Assembly: GCA_964019335.1 (NCBI GenBank)
Contig: OZ025658.1
Coordinates: forward strand, 620,001 to 684,000
Reading direction: 5' to 3'
From: Diplonema japonicum
Taxonomy: Eukaryota; Protista; Euglenozoa: Diplonemea
Length of the DNA: 64,000 bases
Of this stretch, positions 12,668 through 24,215 are shown one piece after another. Position 1 is the first letter of the stretch. Every line of letters starts with the position of its first letter. The translations under genes and the position numbers were made by a program. The notes beneath the pieces are model-generated. The model worked only from the letters and a program-made list of their open reading frames with translations, ran no database searches and had not been told where the DNA came from.

Positions 12668-13810
12668 ATGAAGGTGGGCCAGTATGAGCTCGGAAAAACG
12701 ATAGGACGGGGCGCCTTCAGCAAGGTGAAAATCGCCACCCACATGGAGACCGGCGAGGAGTTCGTGGTGAAGATAATAGACAAGCTCGGCGGGGGGATGA
12801 AGTCAGAGCGCGACGTCAAAACAGAAGTCAAGCTGGAAATCAGCATCATGAAGCGGCTGACCCACACGAACATAGTGCGGATGTACGAAGTCATGGAGAG
12901 CAGTAAACACTACTATATAGTACTGGAGTCTGTCAGAGGAGGCGACCTTTGCGACCACATAATGACTGAAGGAAAGCTTTCCGAAAAAGTCGCCGCAGGT
13001 TACCTCCGCGACCTCTGCGAAGGCTTAAAAGCATGCCACTCAGCAGGAGTCGCCCATCGCGATGTCAAGCCTGAAAATTGTTTAATCTCGAAAAATGGCG
13101 TATTAAAAGTCGCGGACTTCGGTCTCTCAAGATTCCATAAGGGGCGTTGCGAGACGCTGGACCAATCTGACTATGCCACCGATGCCGTTGGCACTCTTTC
13201 CTACGCAGCGCCCGAGGTCCTTGACGCTCCTTACAACGCATTTAAAGCTGATCTTTGGTCCATTGGTGTTGTTATTTTCGTTATGCTCACTGGGAAATTT
13301 CCCTTTGGCAGCAAGGGGTACACTGACGCGCAGATCCAGCAGGACATTAAAGCGGGAAGAATCAACAGGTTTCCTACAACGTTGAGCCCCGAGGCAAAAG
13401 ATCTCATCATTAAGCTTATTGTTGTCGATGCCAACAGCAGGCTGTCCTTGGCAGGGATTTTACAGCATCCTTGGGTGAACTCAGCCAGCCCGCGTAGGGT
13501 AGACGGGAAAAAAGTACGACCAGACGCGATTGACATTTCAAAGGTGCAGGAGGAGGCAAAGGCGACGCAAGCTTCTGCGATAGAGGCGACCATGTCCCCA
13601 CAATGGGCGGACAGTCCTGCTGCCGGGAACCGCACAAAATTCACCCCCACTCTTTTTTCACCGAAGGCGGAACACGGGTCCGTACACCCTCCCGCCCTCC
13701 CCACGTCACCTCCTCTCGCTCACCCGTCTTCAGCCGGGTCCGGACTGAACATGGCCGATTTAAAAAGCATCTTGGAACAAGAAGGGAAAGAGCTTGGTAT
13801 GAGGAAATGA
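12668..13810 (+). CDS. Ser/Thr protein kinase, CAMK group (SNF1/CIPK-like)
   Basis: YELGKTIGRGAFSKVK, HRDVKPEN, DFG, GTLSYAAPE and DLWSIGV. The ATG at 12668 follows an A-run; the ORF-track N-terminal extension is spacer sequence. Confidence 0.92.
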   Translation: MKVGQYELGKTIGRGAFSKVKIATHMETGEEFVVKIIDKLGGGMKSERDVKTEVKLEISIMKRLTHTNIVRMYEVMESSKHYYIVLESVRGGDLCDHIMTEGKLSEKVAAGYLRDLCEGLKACHSAGVAHRDVKPENCLISKNGVLKVADFGLSRFHKGRCETLDQSDYATDAVGTLSYAAPEVLDAPYNAFKADLWSIGVVIFVMLTGKFPFGSKGYTDAQIQQDIKAGRINRFPTTLSPEAKDLIIKLIVVDANSRLSLAGILQHPWVNSASPRRVDGKKVRPDAIDISKVQEEAKATQASAIEATMSPQWADSPAAGNRTKFTPTLFSPKAEHGSVHPPALPTSPPLAHPSSAGSGLNMADLKSILEQEGKELGMRK

Positions 13811-14548
13811 TAATGTTTTTTTTATTGTATAATACTGCCCTCATATCTTTTCTTTTAAAAGTGTTGGGGGGGGGGGGGGGGGGGGGGATAGTTGAAACCG
13901 TAATTTTTTCTTTTTTCCGTCTTCTTTTCAGTGTTTTTCCCTTCCCCCCCTCCTTTTTCCAAAATTCCACCCCCCCCCCTGCCCCTCCCCACTTTTTTTT
14001 ACATATGAAACAACTGAGGGAAATTATATATAAAAAAAAGAAACGGAAGAAAAAGAAGAAGGAAAAAAAACACACACATTCACATGCCCCCCCCCCCCCC
14101 CCCCCCGTACATCTCGCTCACCCTTTACTATGAAAAAAAAATCCTTTTTTTTCCCTTTTCTTTTTTTTTGTGTATTTCCCTTTACTGACGGCGTAACAAT
14201 GGAAAAAAAAATGTCAAGGTCCTAACTAGAAAGGAAGGAAAGGGAGGGAGTGATGAGAGAATGCGGGGGGGGGGGGGTGTATAATAAAAAGGAACAGTGA
14301 TGAGAGAATAACAAAAAATTAAGTTTGTGTTACCCCCCCCCAAAAAAAGAAATGGACACTTTTTCTCTGTTCCCCTCCTCTTCCCAACCTTTTTTTTTTA
14401 TACGGTTTTTGTTTTAATAAGAGGGATAGGTGGCGTGAGGAAAAGAAAAAAAGAAGAAGAGAAAAAGAGAGAGAAAGAAAATGCTGCGAACCCCAAAACA
14501 CGAAGCGAGAGGGTAGAACCTTTTCACATTTTTCTTTTTTTTGCTTTG

Positions 14549-14586
<38 letters not shown>

Positions 14587-14767
14587 TTTTGATTTTCCTT
14601 TTCCTTTTTTGCGCGAGAATACGGGGAGGGGATGGTTTTAATGTATTTAGTTTTTTTCTTTTCCCCCCATCCTTTGTTTGTCCAAATAATCTTTATGAAA
14701 GACTGAGAAGAAAAAAAAAGAGCGAAGAAAAAGAGAAGAAAAAGAGAAGAAAAAAAAACGAGAGAAC

Positions 14768-14798
<31 letters not shown>

Positions 14799-15670
14799 AA
14801 AATCCTCATTTCTAAAATCCTCATCTTCAGGCTGTGATTTTGTATTCCCCCCGTTCTCCCCCCACTCCTCCCCCTGTGAAAAAAAAAAAAAATAGGAAAA
14901 TAGCAGTTCTTTAAGTGGGAGAAAGTACTTTTCGAAAAAGTCATGTCAGAATGTCAGCCAGCTGCAAGAAAGATAATGGTACAAAACCCTGTCGGTTTTT
15001 ATACTTTTTTTTTCCCCTGCCGATTTCCCGGTCATTTAAAATAATTCTCCCCCCCATTGTGAAAGAGAAAAGAGAGAGAGAAAAAGATAGTCGTAATGAG
15101 CGACACAGGTAGGGTGGAGTGAGAGAAAAGGGAACGAAATGAGGGGACATCAACAAAAAAAAGAAAAAAAGAAAAAAATCCGGTTTGTTGTTTCTTGGCA
15201 GCCAAACTACTTACTTACCACATTCTTTTTTTTTCCCTTTTTTTTTTTTTTAAAGAAAATAGCTTTTTATGAGTCTTCGACTTGTCTAACAAAAGGGGAA
15301 CGTTGGCAACACGTTACGGGTTATAAACTACCCACCCCCAGCACGTAGCATCTATCATGTCGCTTTGGCCCTTCAGTGGGCTACTGCCGCCAGATTCGTG
15401 GACTTGAAACTGATTCTCTGCCGGGAACTGGTGGTAAAGCACGAGCACGACTGCGACAAGTTCCCTTCTTTTTTTTTTTTGGTGTAGTAAATAGCTAATT
15501 TTTTTCTTTCTTATCCTTACACCCCCCTCCCCCCCCCCCCACCTTTTTCTTATCCCCTCTTTTTTTTTTATCCCTTTTATTTCTTGTTTCTGATCTTTTT
15601 TTTTTATTATTTTTTTTTTTACCAGTAAAAAAAGAAAAAAAAAAGTGGGGGTTTTTTTTTTAAAAAAAAA

Positions 15671-18634
15671 ATGGAGAACCCCTTCCAAAAAGAAATCGAA
15701 GACATGAACCGTGCAAACAGCGAGCTGGCGGAGACTCTAGCAAATGAACGCGACTCAAACTCGAGAAATTTGAGGCGGAAGGACGACGAGATCCAGAACC
15801 TCCACAAGAAGCTGACCAACAGCAGGACGGAGGCGGTGATAGATGTGGAAAGAGCGCTGCGGGACGGTTTCACGCAACACGAGGCCACAGTCCGCAGGGC
15901 GATGCACGTCGAGCTACTAATGTGCAGAAGGGTTCTTTCAGCCGAGCTTTGCGAGGAACAGTCCATGTTCAAAAACACAAGATGCACCGCAGCTCACCAT
16001 CGCTTAGAACAGGAAAATGTCCGCTTAAGGACAAATCTCCAACTAGCCTGTGAATCAAAAGGCGTCTTCACTACGGAAAATGTACAGCTTAAATCCGACA
16101 ATCAATTGTTGAAATCTCAAGTCACCACGATGGAGGCCCAGCTCAATTCGTCAATAGACAATTTCACCGCCGCCTCCACCGCTTTAGAACGGTTCGAATC
16201 CGAAAACAAAATTTTAAAAAGAGAAGCAGCAGTGGCCGAGACCAAAGCAAAGCATCTCAAAGACAGCAACGAAGCTCTACGCGAAAAAATGCACTCTGCA
16301 GAAGAAACCCATTCCCAGGAACTACACAACACCTCGGAAAAGGTGTCCAGCTTAGTCTCGGAGATAATGATGGCAACGCATGACGCCTCATCTCGGCTGA
16401 CTCTCGAAGAATCTGCCTCTCGTTCCGGATTCGTGGAACGAGAATGCGTACAACGCAGCGAATTGCTCTCAAGATTCTACTCCGTTTACATGCGGGTCAG
16501 GGATGATATGTTTCAAAAGCTAATTTCGGTGTCGGAAACACAACAGTTGGCCGAACGTGTGTTGCACGAGCAATGTGAAAGAGAAACGGCTGTGTTGATC
16601 TTGAAGAAAGAAGCAGAGACGACCCTCGACCAGCTGGAGAGCGTTCTGAGGAAGAAGGAGGCCGCTCTGCTTCAAATTGGCGAGCTTTTGACAATGCAGT
16701 CCTCGCTGCAACACCAGCTGGCAGAGTCTGAAAGCATAGCAGACAAGCTTCGCACGGAAAACGAATCTTTACGTGGAAAATCCGTCCTCCTGTCACGTCG
16801 CGTGACAGATTCACAAAAACACGCCTCGGAACTCAAAACACAACTTTCCCTTGTGGTTCCCTACGACGACAGCGCATTGACCTCAAATGTTCGCAGGGAT
16901 GTCAGGGAGTATCAAAACGAAATACAAATTCTTAAGAAGCAGTACCAGGAAGCGAAGCAAGGGTTGTCCGCCAGCGAAACCGCGCTCGGTAAGGCAAAGA
17001 TCGACGCGAACAAGCGTCTCGTTGAGCTCGAAGCCGCGCAGAGCCGAAACAGAGAACAACAGAAAACCATAGCAGGCCTCAAAAAAGACCTCGAAAAACG
17101 CAAAAAATCAACACCGGAGACCCCTCCCCCACCTACAACCAAGGAAGTAGCCATTGTACCGCAAGCACCCGTAGCCCAACAACCTCCTGGAGCAAGCCGT
17201 GTCGAGTATCTGAAGATACTCTTAACCGACAAAGAAGACGCGCTTGGTAAAATACGATCAGAAAACGCCGGACTACGCGTGAAAATAGCAATGGTGGAGA
17301 CAGAAGTTGACACGCTGAGAGCGCGGAATTCCGAATTAACCGAAATGGTGGGAAGAGAGTCCCCGGAAGTAGACAGGCTGCAGGTTTTATTAGACGCAGC
17401 GGTAAGAGGACGACAAGACGCTGAAACAGAGTGCAAATCGCATCGGGAGGAGGCGGAACTGGCTTGGAAACACCGGCAAGACCAGTTGGACGAGATTCAA
17501 AAAACAGAGTTTAAGCTCACAGAGCTCCATGCGGACGCTGACCACTCCCGATACGAACTGGAAAAAACAAAAACGAGGCTGAAGGAACGCGAAGAGGAGG
17601 TCCGAAACCTCCAATCGGACGTGAAAAATCTTCAAACAGAACTGACGGAAAGCTACCACAGAACATCGACCGCCGCTGTTGAAATCTCCGCCATCGTGTC
17701 CGAAAGATCCAGCGAGAAGGAACGATACAACACGATCCTAAGGGAGCTGAAGACACAGGTACAGCAAGCGGAGATGAACAACACCCAGAACACATCTCTT
17801 CACGTGGAGCTCGCCGAGGAAAATACTGTTTTGAAACACGAGCTTGAATCTCTAAAGCGTCCCGTCCACCCACACCAGAAAACAGTCAATGTCCCGACCT
17901 ACCCTTACCCTTCGGTGTCAAAAGATGCTCTCGACGAAGCGTTTTGCAAAGGGGCTGCTAGCGTGGATGTGAAGCAGCAGTACGAAGACGGATACAGAAA
18001 GGGTTTAGCAGAGGGAAGGCAAGGGAGGTTGAAGCTACCCGTTCCCAATACAGACTCGAAACAGCATTACGACAGCGGGTATCAAAAGGGGTTGGAGGAG
18101 GGAAAGCGTAAGGTACCCCATCCCTCGGATCAGGGAAGACAACAACAACAGCAGCAGCTCGGTGAAGCATATCGAAAGGGGCTCGCGGAGGGCAGGGCAG
18201 CCGCATCACAGCCGTGTGAACGATGTGCAAACAGTGTGGACCCCAAGCAGCTGGCAAGCATGCAACAACAATGCAGGAATTTGGTGAAGGAGAGAAGGGT
18301 TGCCGAAAAGAGGTGGCTTGAAGATGAAAGGTCCTTGATGCAAGAAGTCGACACGCTGAGGGGGACCCTCCAAGGCGAGCGGGCCACCCACTTGAAAGAA
18401 GTCACCGAGCTCCGTGCCAACACGGAGCGGCTCCATGCTCGCTCAGAGTCCCGCCTCACCAAGGTGAAATCACTCCAATCACAGCTCCGTGAGGCTAAAA
18501 ACCTCCCTGAGCCCGAGTCCATCGTCACCGAAGACCACCCTTCAGACCCCACCATCCCCACTGTCCCAGCCTTCGGGAGCAGCAAAAAACGCAGAACCAC
18601 AGGGAAATGCGGTACTTGCGGGAGGCCGTTCTAG
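15671..18634 (+). CDS. Long coiled-coil protein with YxxGYxKGLxEG repeats
   Basis: 987-aa ORF, E/K/L/Q heptad-rich. Repeats YEDGYRKGLAEGR, YDSGYQKGLEEGK and EAYRKGLAEGR; C-terminal CGTC. Confidence 0.75.
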   Translation: MENPFQKEIEDMNRANSELAETLANERDSNSRNLRRKDDEIQNLHKKLTNSRTEAVIDVERALRDGFTQHEATVRRAMHVELLMCRRVLSAELCEEQSMFKNTRCTAAHHRLEQENVRLRTNLQLACESKGVFTTENVQLKSDNQLLKSQVTTMEAQLNSSIDNFTAASTALERFESENKILKREAAVAETKAKHLKDSNEALREKMHSAEETHSQELHNTSEKVSSLVSEIMMATHDASSRLTLEESASRSGFVERECVQRSELLSRFYSVYMRVRDDMFQKLISVSETQQLAERVLHEQCERETAVLILKKEAETTLDQLESVLRKKEAALLQIGELLTMQSSLQHQLAESESIADKLRTENESLRGKSVLLSRRVTDSQKHASELKTQLSLVVPYDDSALTSNVRRDVREYQNEIQILKKQYQEAKQGLSASETALGKAKIDANKRLVELEAAQSRNREQQKTIAGLKKDLEKRKKSTPETPPPPTTKEVAIVPQAPVAQQPPGASRVEYLKILLTDKEDALGKIRSENAGLRVKIAMVETEVDTLRARNSELTEMVGRESPEVDRLQVLLDAAVRGRQDAETECKSHREEAELAWKHRQDQLDEIQKTEFKLTELHADADHSRYELEKTKTRLKEREEEVRNLQSDVKNLQTELTESYHRTSTAAVEISAIVSERSSEKERYNTILRELKTQVQQAEMNNTQNTSLHVELAEENTVLKHELESLKRPVHPHQKTVNVPTYPYPSVSKDALDEAFCKGAASVDVKQQYEDGYRKGLAEGRQGRLKLPVPNTDSKQHYDSGYQKGLEEGKRKVPHPSDQGRQQQQQQLGEAYRKGLAEGRAAASQPCERCANSVDPKQLASMQQQCRNLVKERRVAEKRWLEDERSLMQEVDTLRGTLQGERATHLKEVTELRANTERLHARSESRLTKVKSLQSQLREAKNLPEPESIVTEDHPSDPTIPTVPAFGSSKKRRTTGKCGTCGRPF

Positions 18635-18640
18635 ACCCAA

Positions 18641-18675
<35 letters not shown>

Positions 18676-18868
18676 AGACCTTTTTGTCAAAAAAAAAAGT
18701 AGGTCTGATGGAAATTCACTTTCTTTTTGTTCCTTTTTTAGATTTTTTTTTTTTCCTTGTTAGAAATTATTGAACAATTGAACACCCTTTTTTTTTATAA
18801 AAGATTCTTCTCGTTGAACTTTAAAAAAAAAAAAAAACAAAAAAAAAAAAAACAAAAGGAGAGGGGAC

Positions 18869-19833
18869 ATGCGTCGGGGGAGAGTCCTACTGACGGACCA
18901 GCGGGGGGATTTCTATGGGAAGTACGTGTCGAGAGCGAAGATGGGAACGGGTTTCGGTGGGGGGTTGTCAGACCGAAAGGCAGACCATGTGATGTACACA
19001 CCCCAAATGGCAATGCGGGGCTCGCCTTATCCAAAATACCCTGGGGCCTGGGGGGTCCCGGGGCCAGACGAGGCAAAAGTAGGAAAGAAAAGTGTAAGGG
19101 ATTGGGACGTCATGAAAAAGGTGAAGCTTGGCGACCTGACACCTGTGGACGATGCAGCACGGGAAACAAGGCTTCCTGGTGTATTGTGGAAATCCGAGCT
19201 ACCGCAGGACCCGGTAGACCGGCTTTTTTTTCAAGTGAAATCCAGCAACGCAGAACTTCTCTTCAGCAATGGCACTCCTGACAACCCCCACGGCCACCAC
19301 GAGGTCAGTACTGATACTGTTGAGGGAGCTTTCAACAACCGTGACCCCCTCTCTATCATGTGCCGTGCTTTGGCAAAACAAGACGAAAGGCGGGAACGGT
19401 TCATCACCGTCCTGGCCACTGACGAAACCAAACAAATAGCCAGACACCTTCTCGACCTTGGCCTCATAGCCGGCATGCGGGACTACAACAACAACTGGAA
19501 ATTCTCCATCGAGACCAAGTGGTGGGACAACATGCCTGCTATTCAAACGATGACAAGGCTCTCCATTCATGAGGTATTGTAGTGACGGGAATATTAAGGA
19601 AAAAAAAAATCCAGAGAGGTGTACGTTGGTCCTGGGGCATAGAAGAGGTCCGAAAAGCAATGTACTTCAATAAGGTAAGGAAGAAGGGGGGGGGGAGAAA
19701 ATAACACCCTCCAACACAGGTTTATAACGTGGTACGAATTTACTTTTTGAAACTGGACAGCGGGGAGGTGATACCGCATACCGAAGCCTTTAGACGGAAT
19801 GTTGGTGGACAGGCACTGTGTTATGTTGATTAA
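18869..19833 (+). CDS. Mitochondrial ribosomal protein uS8m with long N-terminal extension
   Basis: DPLSIMCRALA and IARHLLDLGLI. Introns 19574-19614 and 19675-19719 give the S8-type C-terminus LDSGEVIPHTEAFRRNVGGQALCYVD* (~292 aa). Confidence 0.8.
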
Positions 19834-19856
19834 AATCAAGGAAATATTTATTATGG

Positions 19857-19897
<41 letters not shown>

Positions 19898-20000
19898 GAA
19901 AAGTGTAGTGTTTTTTGGTTCTTCGTTTTTTTTTTCTTTTTTTTTTTTCTACGGGAAAAAAAAAAAAAAGACTCATTTGACACAAAAAAAAAAAGAAAAA

Positions 20001-20419
20001 ATGGGACATGAGAACTGGCCTTGGCCCAACGCGCAGGCAGTGCCCCGTGGGACTAAATGGTGGAAATCTTTGACCCCTGGTATGAGCATCGCGAAGAGGG
20101 TGAGACGGGTGGAACTCATCGGCGACTGTGTGATTCTTGGGGCCATTGGTTACCTTTTTGCCAAGGCCTACCTCCAGTCTGACAGCGCGTATCAGCACAA
20201 GAGGAGTGCACTCATCGGTCAGCCACCTGCACTGGTAGCTCAGTACTACAACTTCGCCAGCGTCGGCGAAAACAGAACCGTCGGGAGAGATCAGCTGCAG
20301 AAATATAAAGACGAGCTTGCAGGAGCGAGGAAGGTATGACAAACAAGGGAGGAAAAAAAAAAGGAAAAAAAAAAACACAGAGTGGGAGCAGTGGTTCCGA
20401 TATTGCGTTCAAGTACTGA
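20001..20419 (+). CDS. Small single-pass membrane protein, unknown function (possibly mitochondrial)
   Basis: ATG after an A-run; one hydrophobic segment LIGDCVILGAIGYLFA. Intron 20334-20380 (GTATGA..A-run..CACAG) gives the end SGSSGSDIAFKY*. Confidence 0.7.
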
Positions 20420-20770
20420 AGAAGAAAAGGAAGGGAAAAAAAAAGAAATGGAAGTATTAGTGTGTAACTTTTTTGTGTTTCCCCCCCCATATTTTTTTTG
20501 ACAGAGCGGGGGAAAAAAAAAAGAAAAAGAAAAAGAGAGAAAAAAGCATCTTTGCCACAAACAATTGATGCGTTTTTTTTACATTTCCCCCCCCCTATGT
20601 AAGAAAAAAAAAAGAAACCGGTCCGTTTTTTTTTTTTTTTTTTCTTTCTTTCTTTTTTCTCCATTTTCTTTGGGCAGTGTCTTTTTTTTTTTCTTTTTTT
20701 TTTCTTCCGACTTTTCAAAAAAAAAAAAAAAAAAAAAAAAAAAGTGGGGAGGAAAAAAAAAAAAAAAAAA

Positions 20771-22293
20771 ATGACCGAAATCGACGAGGACGCATCCTTT
20801 CTCAAGGATTGCAATGTGCCCGTGCTTGTGAACGAGATAATGTGTCATCTCCTGGCGACCCGCCCTACCGACGTGGTGGGCGGCGTCATCGAGTTCTTGA
20901 ACAAGGCCGATCGGACGAAATACGGCCCTGGAAAGGGCGGAGCATCCCCACCGACAACGGATTTAAAACCAAAAACCGAAGAAGAACCACCTGCAGCACC
21001 CGAATCAAAGGAAACCGCGGAAGCGGAAGCACCTGAACTAGGCGAAGATCTAGAAGATTTCTCCGCTTTCAAGGGCGATCTCAATGCAGAGCTCACGAAG
21101 AAACTCGCAGGCGGTGCCACGCGAATCAACATTTCCAAAAATAGCCTCACAGAACTCCCGCCACCGCTTCTTAACCAGACTAACGTGACTGAACTTTCCA
21201 TTGAAGAAAACCATTTTATCAACATGGACGGTTTGCTAACAATGACTGGTCTTGTATATTTAAATATCTCCGACAACCCAAAATTCAAGGAAATCCCAGA
21301 GGGCTTCGCGACGAAACTTCCCAAACTTGTAAAACTCGACGCGTACAAATGCGGCTTCAGCGGGCAGCTGAGCGACGAGCTTGCCGGGTGTTCCAACATG
21401 ACCCACGTCAACTTCTATAACAATTCGATTTTAAAACCGTTTAAGTGCGGGGGGCTCAAAAGCCTCATTGAGTTCAACCTATCGTCAAATAAGATCATGG
21501 CCGTCCCGGAGGGAAGCTTCGAATGCCTGCAGAATGTCAAGCGCTTGGCACTGTTTTGGAACCGCTTGTTAAAAGTCCCTTCGCTGGCACCGTTGACATC
21601 GTTAAAGGAGCTCCAGTTGAACGGAAACCAGCTCCCGGAAATGCCGGAACTAGGCGTGCACGACGAGCTAGAAGAGATAAATTTGTCGGAAAACAAAATT
21701 GCAAAGCTTCACGAGTCGCTCTTCAACCAGAAGAATCTCGAGGTTTTCGCAGCGGGAAAGAATTTGCTCACCAACGAGTCGATTCTCTCAAACTGGCCCA
21801 AGATTGAAAACATCAAAAAGATTCATTTTCCCGACAATCAGCTGACCTCCATCCCGGACGTCTTCCTTGACCTCCCCAATCTCATTGTCCTCGAACTCAA
21901 CAAGAACCAGATCAAGACCCTCCCCGCCGACATAGATCGCTTTGAAAAGAAGACCAATCCACTGAACCACTTGTTCCTCGCGGAAAACCCTTTTGAAACG
22001 CTTCCCACTGTTATGGGTGACCTACAGTCGCTCAAACGTATTGCCTTCAGAGGGTGCCCCCTCGACATGACAGATGAAACAACAAAGACAACTTACGAAA
22101 AGCTCGAGGCGATCATCAAAACCAAGGGAATCGAGGGGAAGTTCCTCGACAGCAAAAGAACCGGAACCGTTCAAAGAAAGGTCGCAAGCGGCCCCACCAC
22201 GTTGGGCACCCAGCCTGGTGTGGGTGGCGGTGGTGGCAGCGGTGCTGAAATGAAGAAGAAGAAGCGACCCGAAGATGGTATGGGGTTGAGGGG

Positions 22294-22336
<43 letters not shown>

Positions 22337-22386
22337 CAGAAGGCGTTCCTCCAAATGAGGGTGGAGTAACCCTTGCAATCGGTTAA
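20771..22386 (+). CDS. Leucine-rich repeat protein with N-terminal RIIa/DPY-30-like dimerisation-docking motif
   Basis: FLKDCNVPVLVNEIMCHLLATRPTDVVGGVIEFL followed by many LxxLxLxxNxL repeats. Intron 22278-22339 gives the end EGVPPNEGGVTLAIG*. Confidence 0.85.
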
Positions 22387-23122
22387 AAAAAGAAGGGGGA
22401 AAAGAAATGAAGAAAAAAAAATGTACAATAAAAGGGAGAACGGGAAAAAAAGTGAAAAATAACAAAAAGAAGAGAAAGAAAAAAGTGCCCGTTTTATTTC
22501 TTTTTTATATATTTTTCTTGAAAGCTATATATTTTCTTTTTTAAACAACACCCTCCTTTTTTTTGTTGTTGGTTCTTGTGTACATACAGAAAGGAAAAAA
22601 AAGAAGAGAACAAGAGTTTAAACCCCCCCCCCCCCCCTTACACACATTTCCTACCTTTCTTTCATAGTGTTCAGGGTTAACCGATCACCTTCGGGTTTTG
22701 AAACCCGACCCGAGCAATTTTAGATTTTCGATCACAGTCGGGTTAATGATCGGTTTTTTTCTAATTTCGGATCGGTTTGATCGGTTTTTTTAAATTTCGG
22801 ATCGGTTTTTTTGATCAGTTTGATCGGTTTTTTTTTAATTTCGGATCGGTTTGATCGATCCAAAAACCCATATTTCTGGCAAAAAATACCAAGACCATGC
22901 TCAAATTTTTTTTTTTCAAAAACCCTATTTTGACGATCTGAGCCCATTCCAGCCATTAAAACCCAAAATAGAGCCTTATTTAAGGCCTTAAATGCAGTTT
23001 TGAAAAAACTGGTTTTAATTCTCCTGGGTCAGGGAGGTCCAAGTTAAAAACAACAGGATTTATGATCGGTTTGATCGATCCAAAACCATATTTCTGGCAA
23101 AAAATACCAAGACCATGCTCTG

Positions 23123-23311
23123 GTAACAGCCGTGGACGCGGTGTTCTCCTCGATCGACGCCAAGTTCGGAGAGATGCGTCGCGTCCGCCTCACACCAGAC
23201 GTACGAAGGCAGCTGTTGTTCTTGTACCTGAACCAGGACATCAGTGGTGCTCTGTCTTCGTCTGACAGGCACCACGTTCTCAGGCACGCCGGGTTGCAAG
23301 CAGGGAGGTAA
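23123..23311 (+). pseudogene. Remnant of a hAT transposase C-terminal dimerisation domain
   Basis: Translates VTAVDAVFSSIDAKFGEMRRVRLTPDVRRQLLFLYLNQD..., resembling the hAT consensus ER.FS......RR.RL....LLFL..N. No start codon; lies inside the TIR element. Confidence 0.65.
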
Positions 23312-23489
23312 GAAATTGTGCGTTCATCGCTGTGTGCGTGCATTCAGTTCTCTGTGGGTGAACATCCTGCCTCAACGGGCACGCTTCCGTGTGTCCCATG
23401 GAGCTTTTCAAGGCGCCCCCTTACTTTGTGCGTTGCTACTTCCCGTTCAAGTTTCAATGTTTTTCATTATTGACTTTCGTGCCCAGTTA

Positions 23490-24215
23490 AAAACCCGCCA
23501 AAAACAGGGAGAATGCCGATTTTCGGGAAAATAATCCTTTTCTAAGTTGTTTCGATGCAGGCGTTGTGTACCTGGGAGGTCCGGGAGACGAATAGAAGGG
23601 TTATAAGTATGGTTGCATGCTCTCCTCCCGTTCTAATTATTGGTTTTTGATTTCGCTCCTATTTAAACAGAAAAAAGAAGAAAAACCGCCAAAAAAAGCG
23701 AAAAAACAGCTTTTCGGGAAAATAATCCTTTTCTAAGTCGTTTTGATGCTCCCTGGGGTCGGCTTTGTGTATCTGGGGGGCCCGGGGGACGAATAAAAGG
23801 GTTATTATATGCATGGTTGCGTGCTCTCCTCCCGTTTTAATTATTGACTTTTGATTTCGCTCCCAATTAGGATCCTGCCTGAAACAGGGAAGCACCAGCT
23901 TTTCGGGAAAATAATCCTTTTCTATGTCATTTTGATGCTCCCTGGGGTCGGCTTTGTGTATCTGGGGGGGCCGGGGGATGAAACGAAGGGTTTTAAGCAT
24001 GATTGCATGCACTCCTCCTGTTTTAATTTTTGATTTTCGATTTTTTTGTTCTTAATTTTTGCTTTTAATTAAAAACCCGTCAAAAAAAGCGAAAAAACAG
24101 CTTTTCGAGAAAATAATCCTTTTCTAAGTCGTTTTGATGCTCCCTGGGGCCGGCTTTGTGTATCTGGGGGGGCCGGGATACGAATATAAGGATTTTAAGC
24201 ATGGTTGCATGCTCG
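23490..24215. repeat. Four ~190-200-bp tandem units inside the transposon (A-B-A-B higher-order pattern)
   Basis: Anchor TTTTCGRGAAAATAATCCTTTTCTA at 23520, 23711, 23900 and 24102. Units 1 and 3 carry ACAGGGA; units 2 and 4 carry AAAAGCGAAAAAACAGC. Confidence 0.9.

Noticed and set aside
14249-14309. Two AGTGATGAGAGAAT motifs resembling C boxes of a C/D snoRNA
   Set aside because: No suitably placed CTGA D box or terminal stem; more likely a small local duplication.
13603-15690. Many 60-180-aa ORFs rich in F, K, G and P in spacers (also 20212-20848, 39095-40793, 54352-55075, 61697-62506)
   Set aside because: They are translations of homopolymer and microsatellite runs, with no coding-like composition.
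22745-22860. CRISPR-like or iteron-like GATCGGTTT repeats
   Set aside because: No unique spacers and no cas genes. They lie just inside a TIR, as expected for transposase-binding subterminal repeats.
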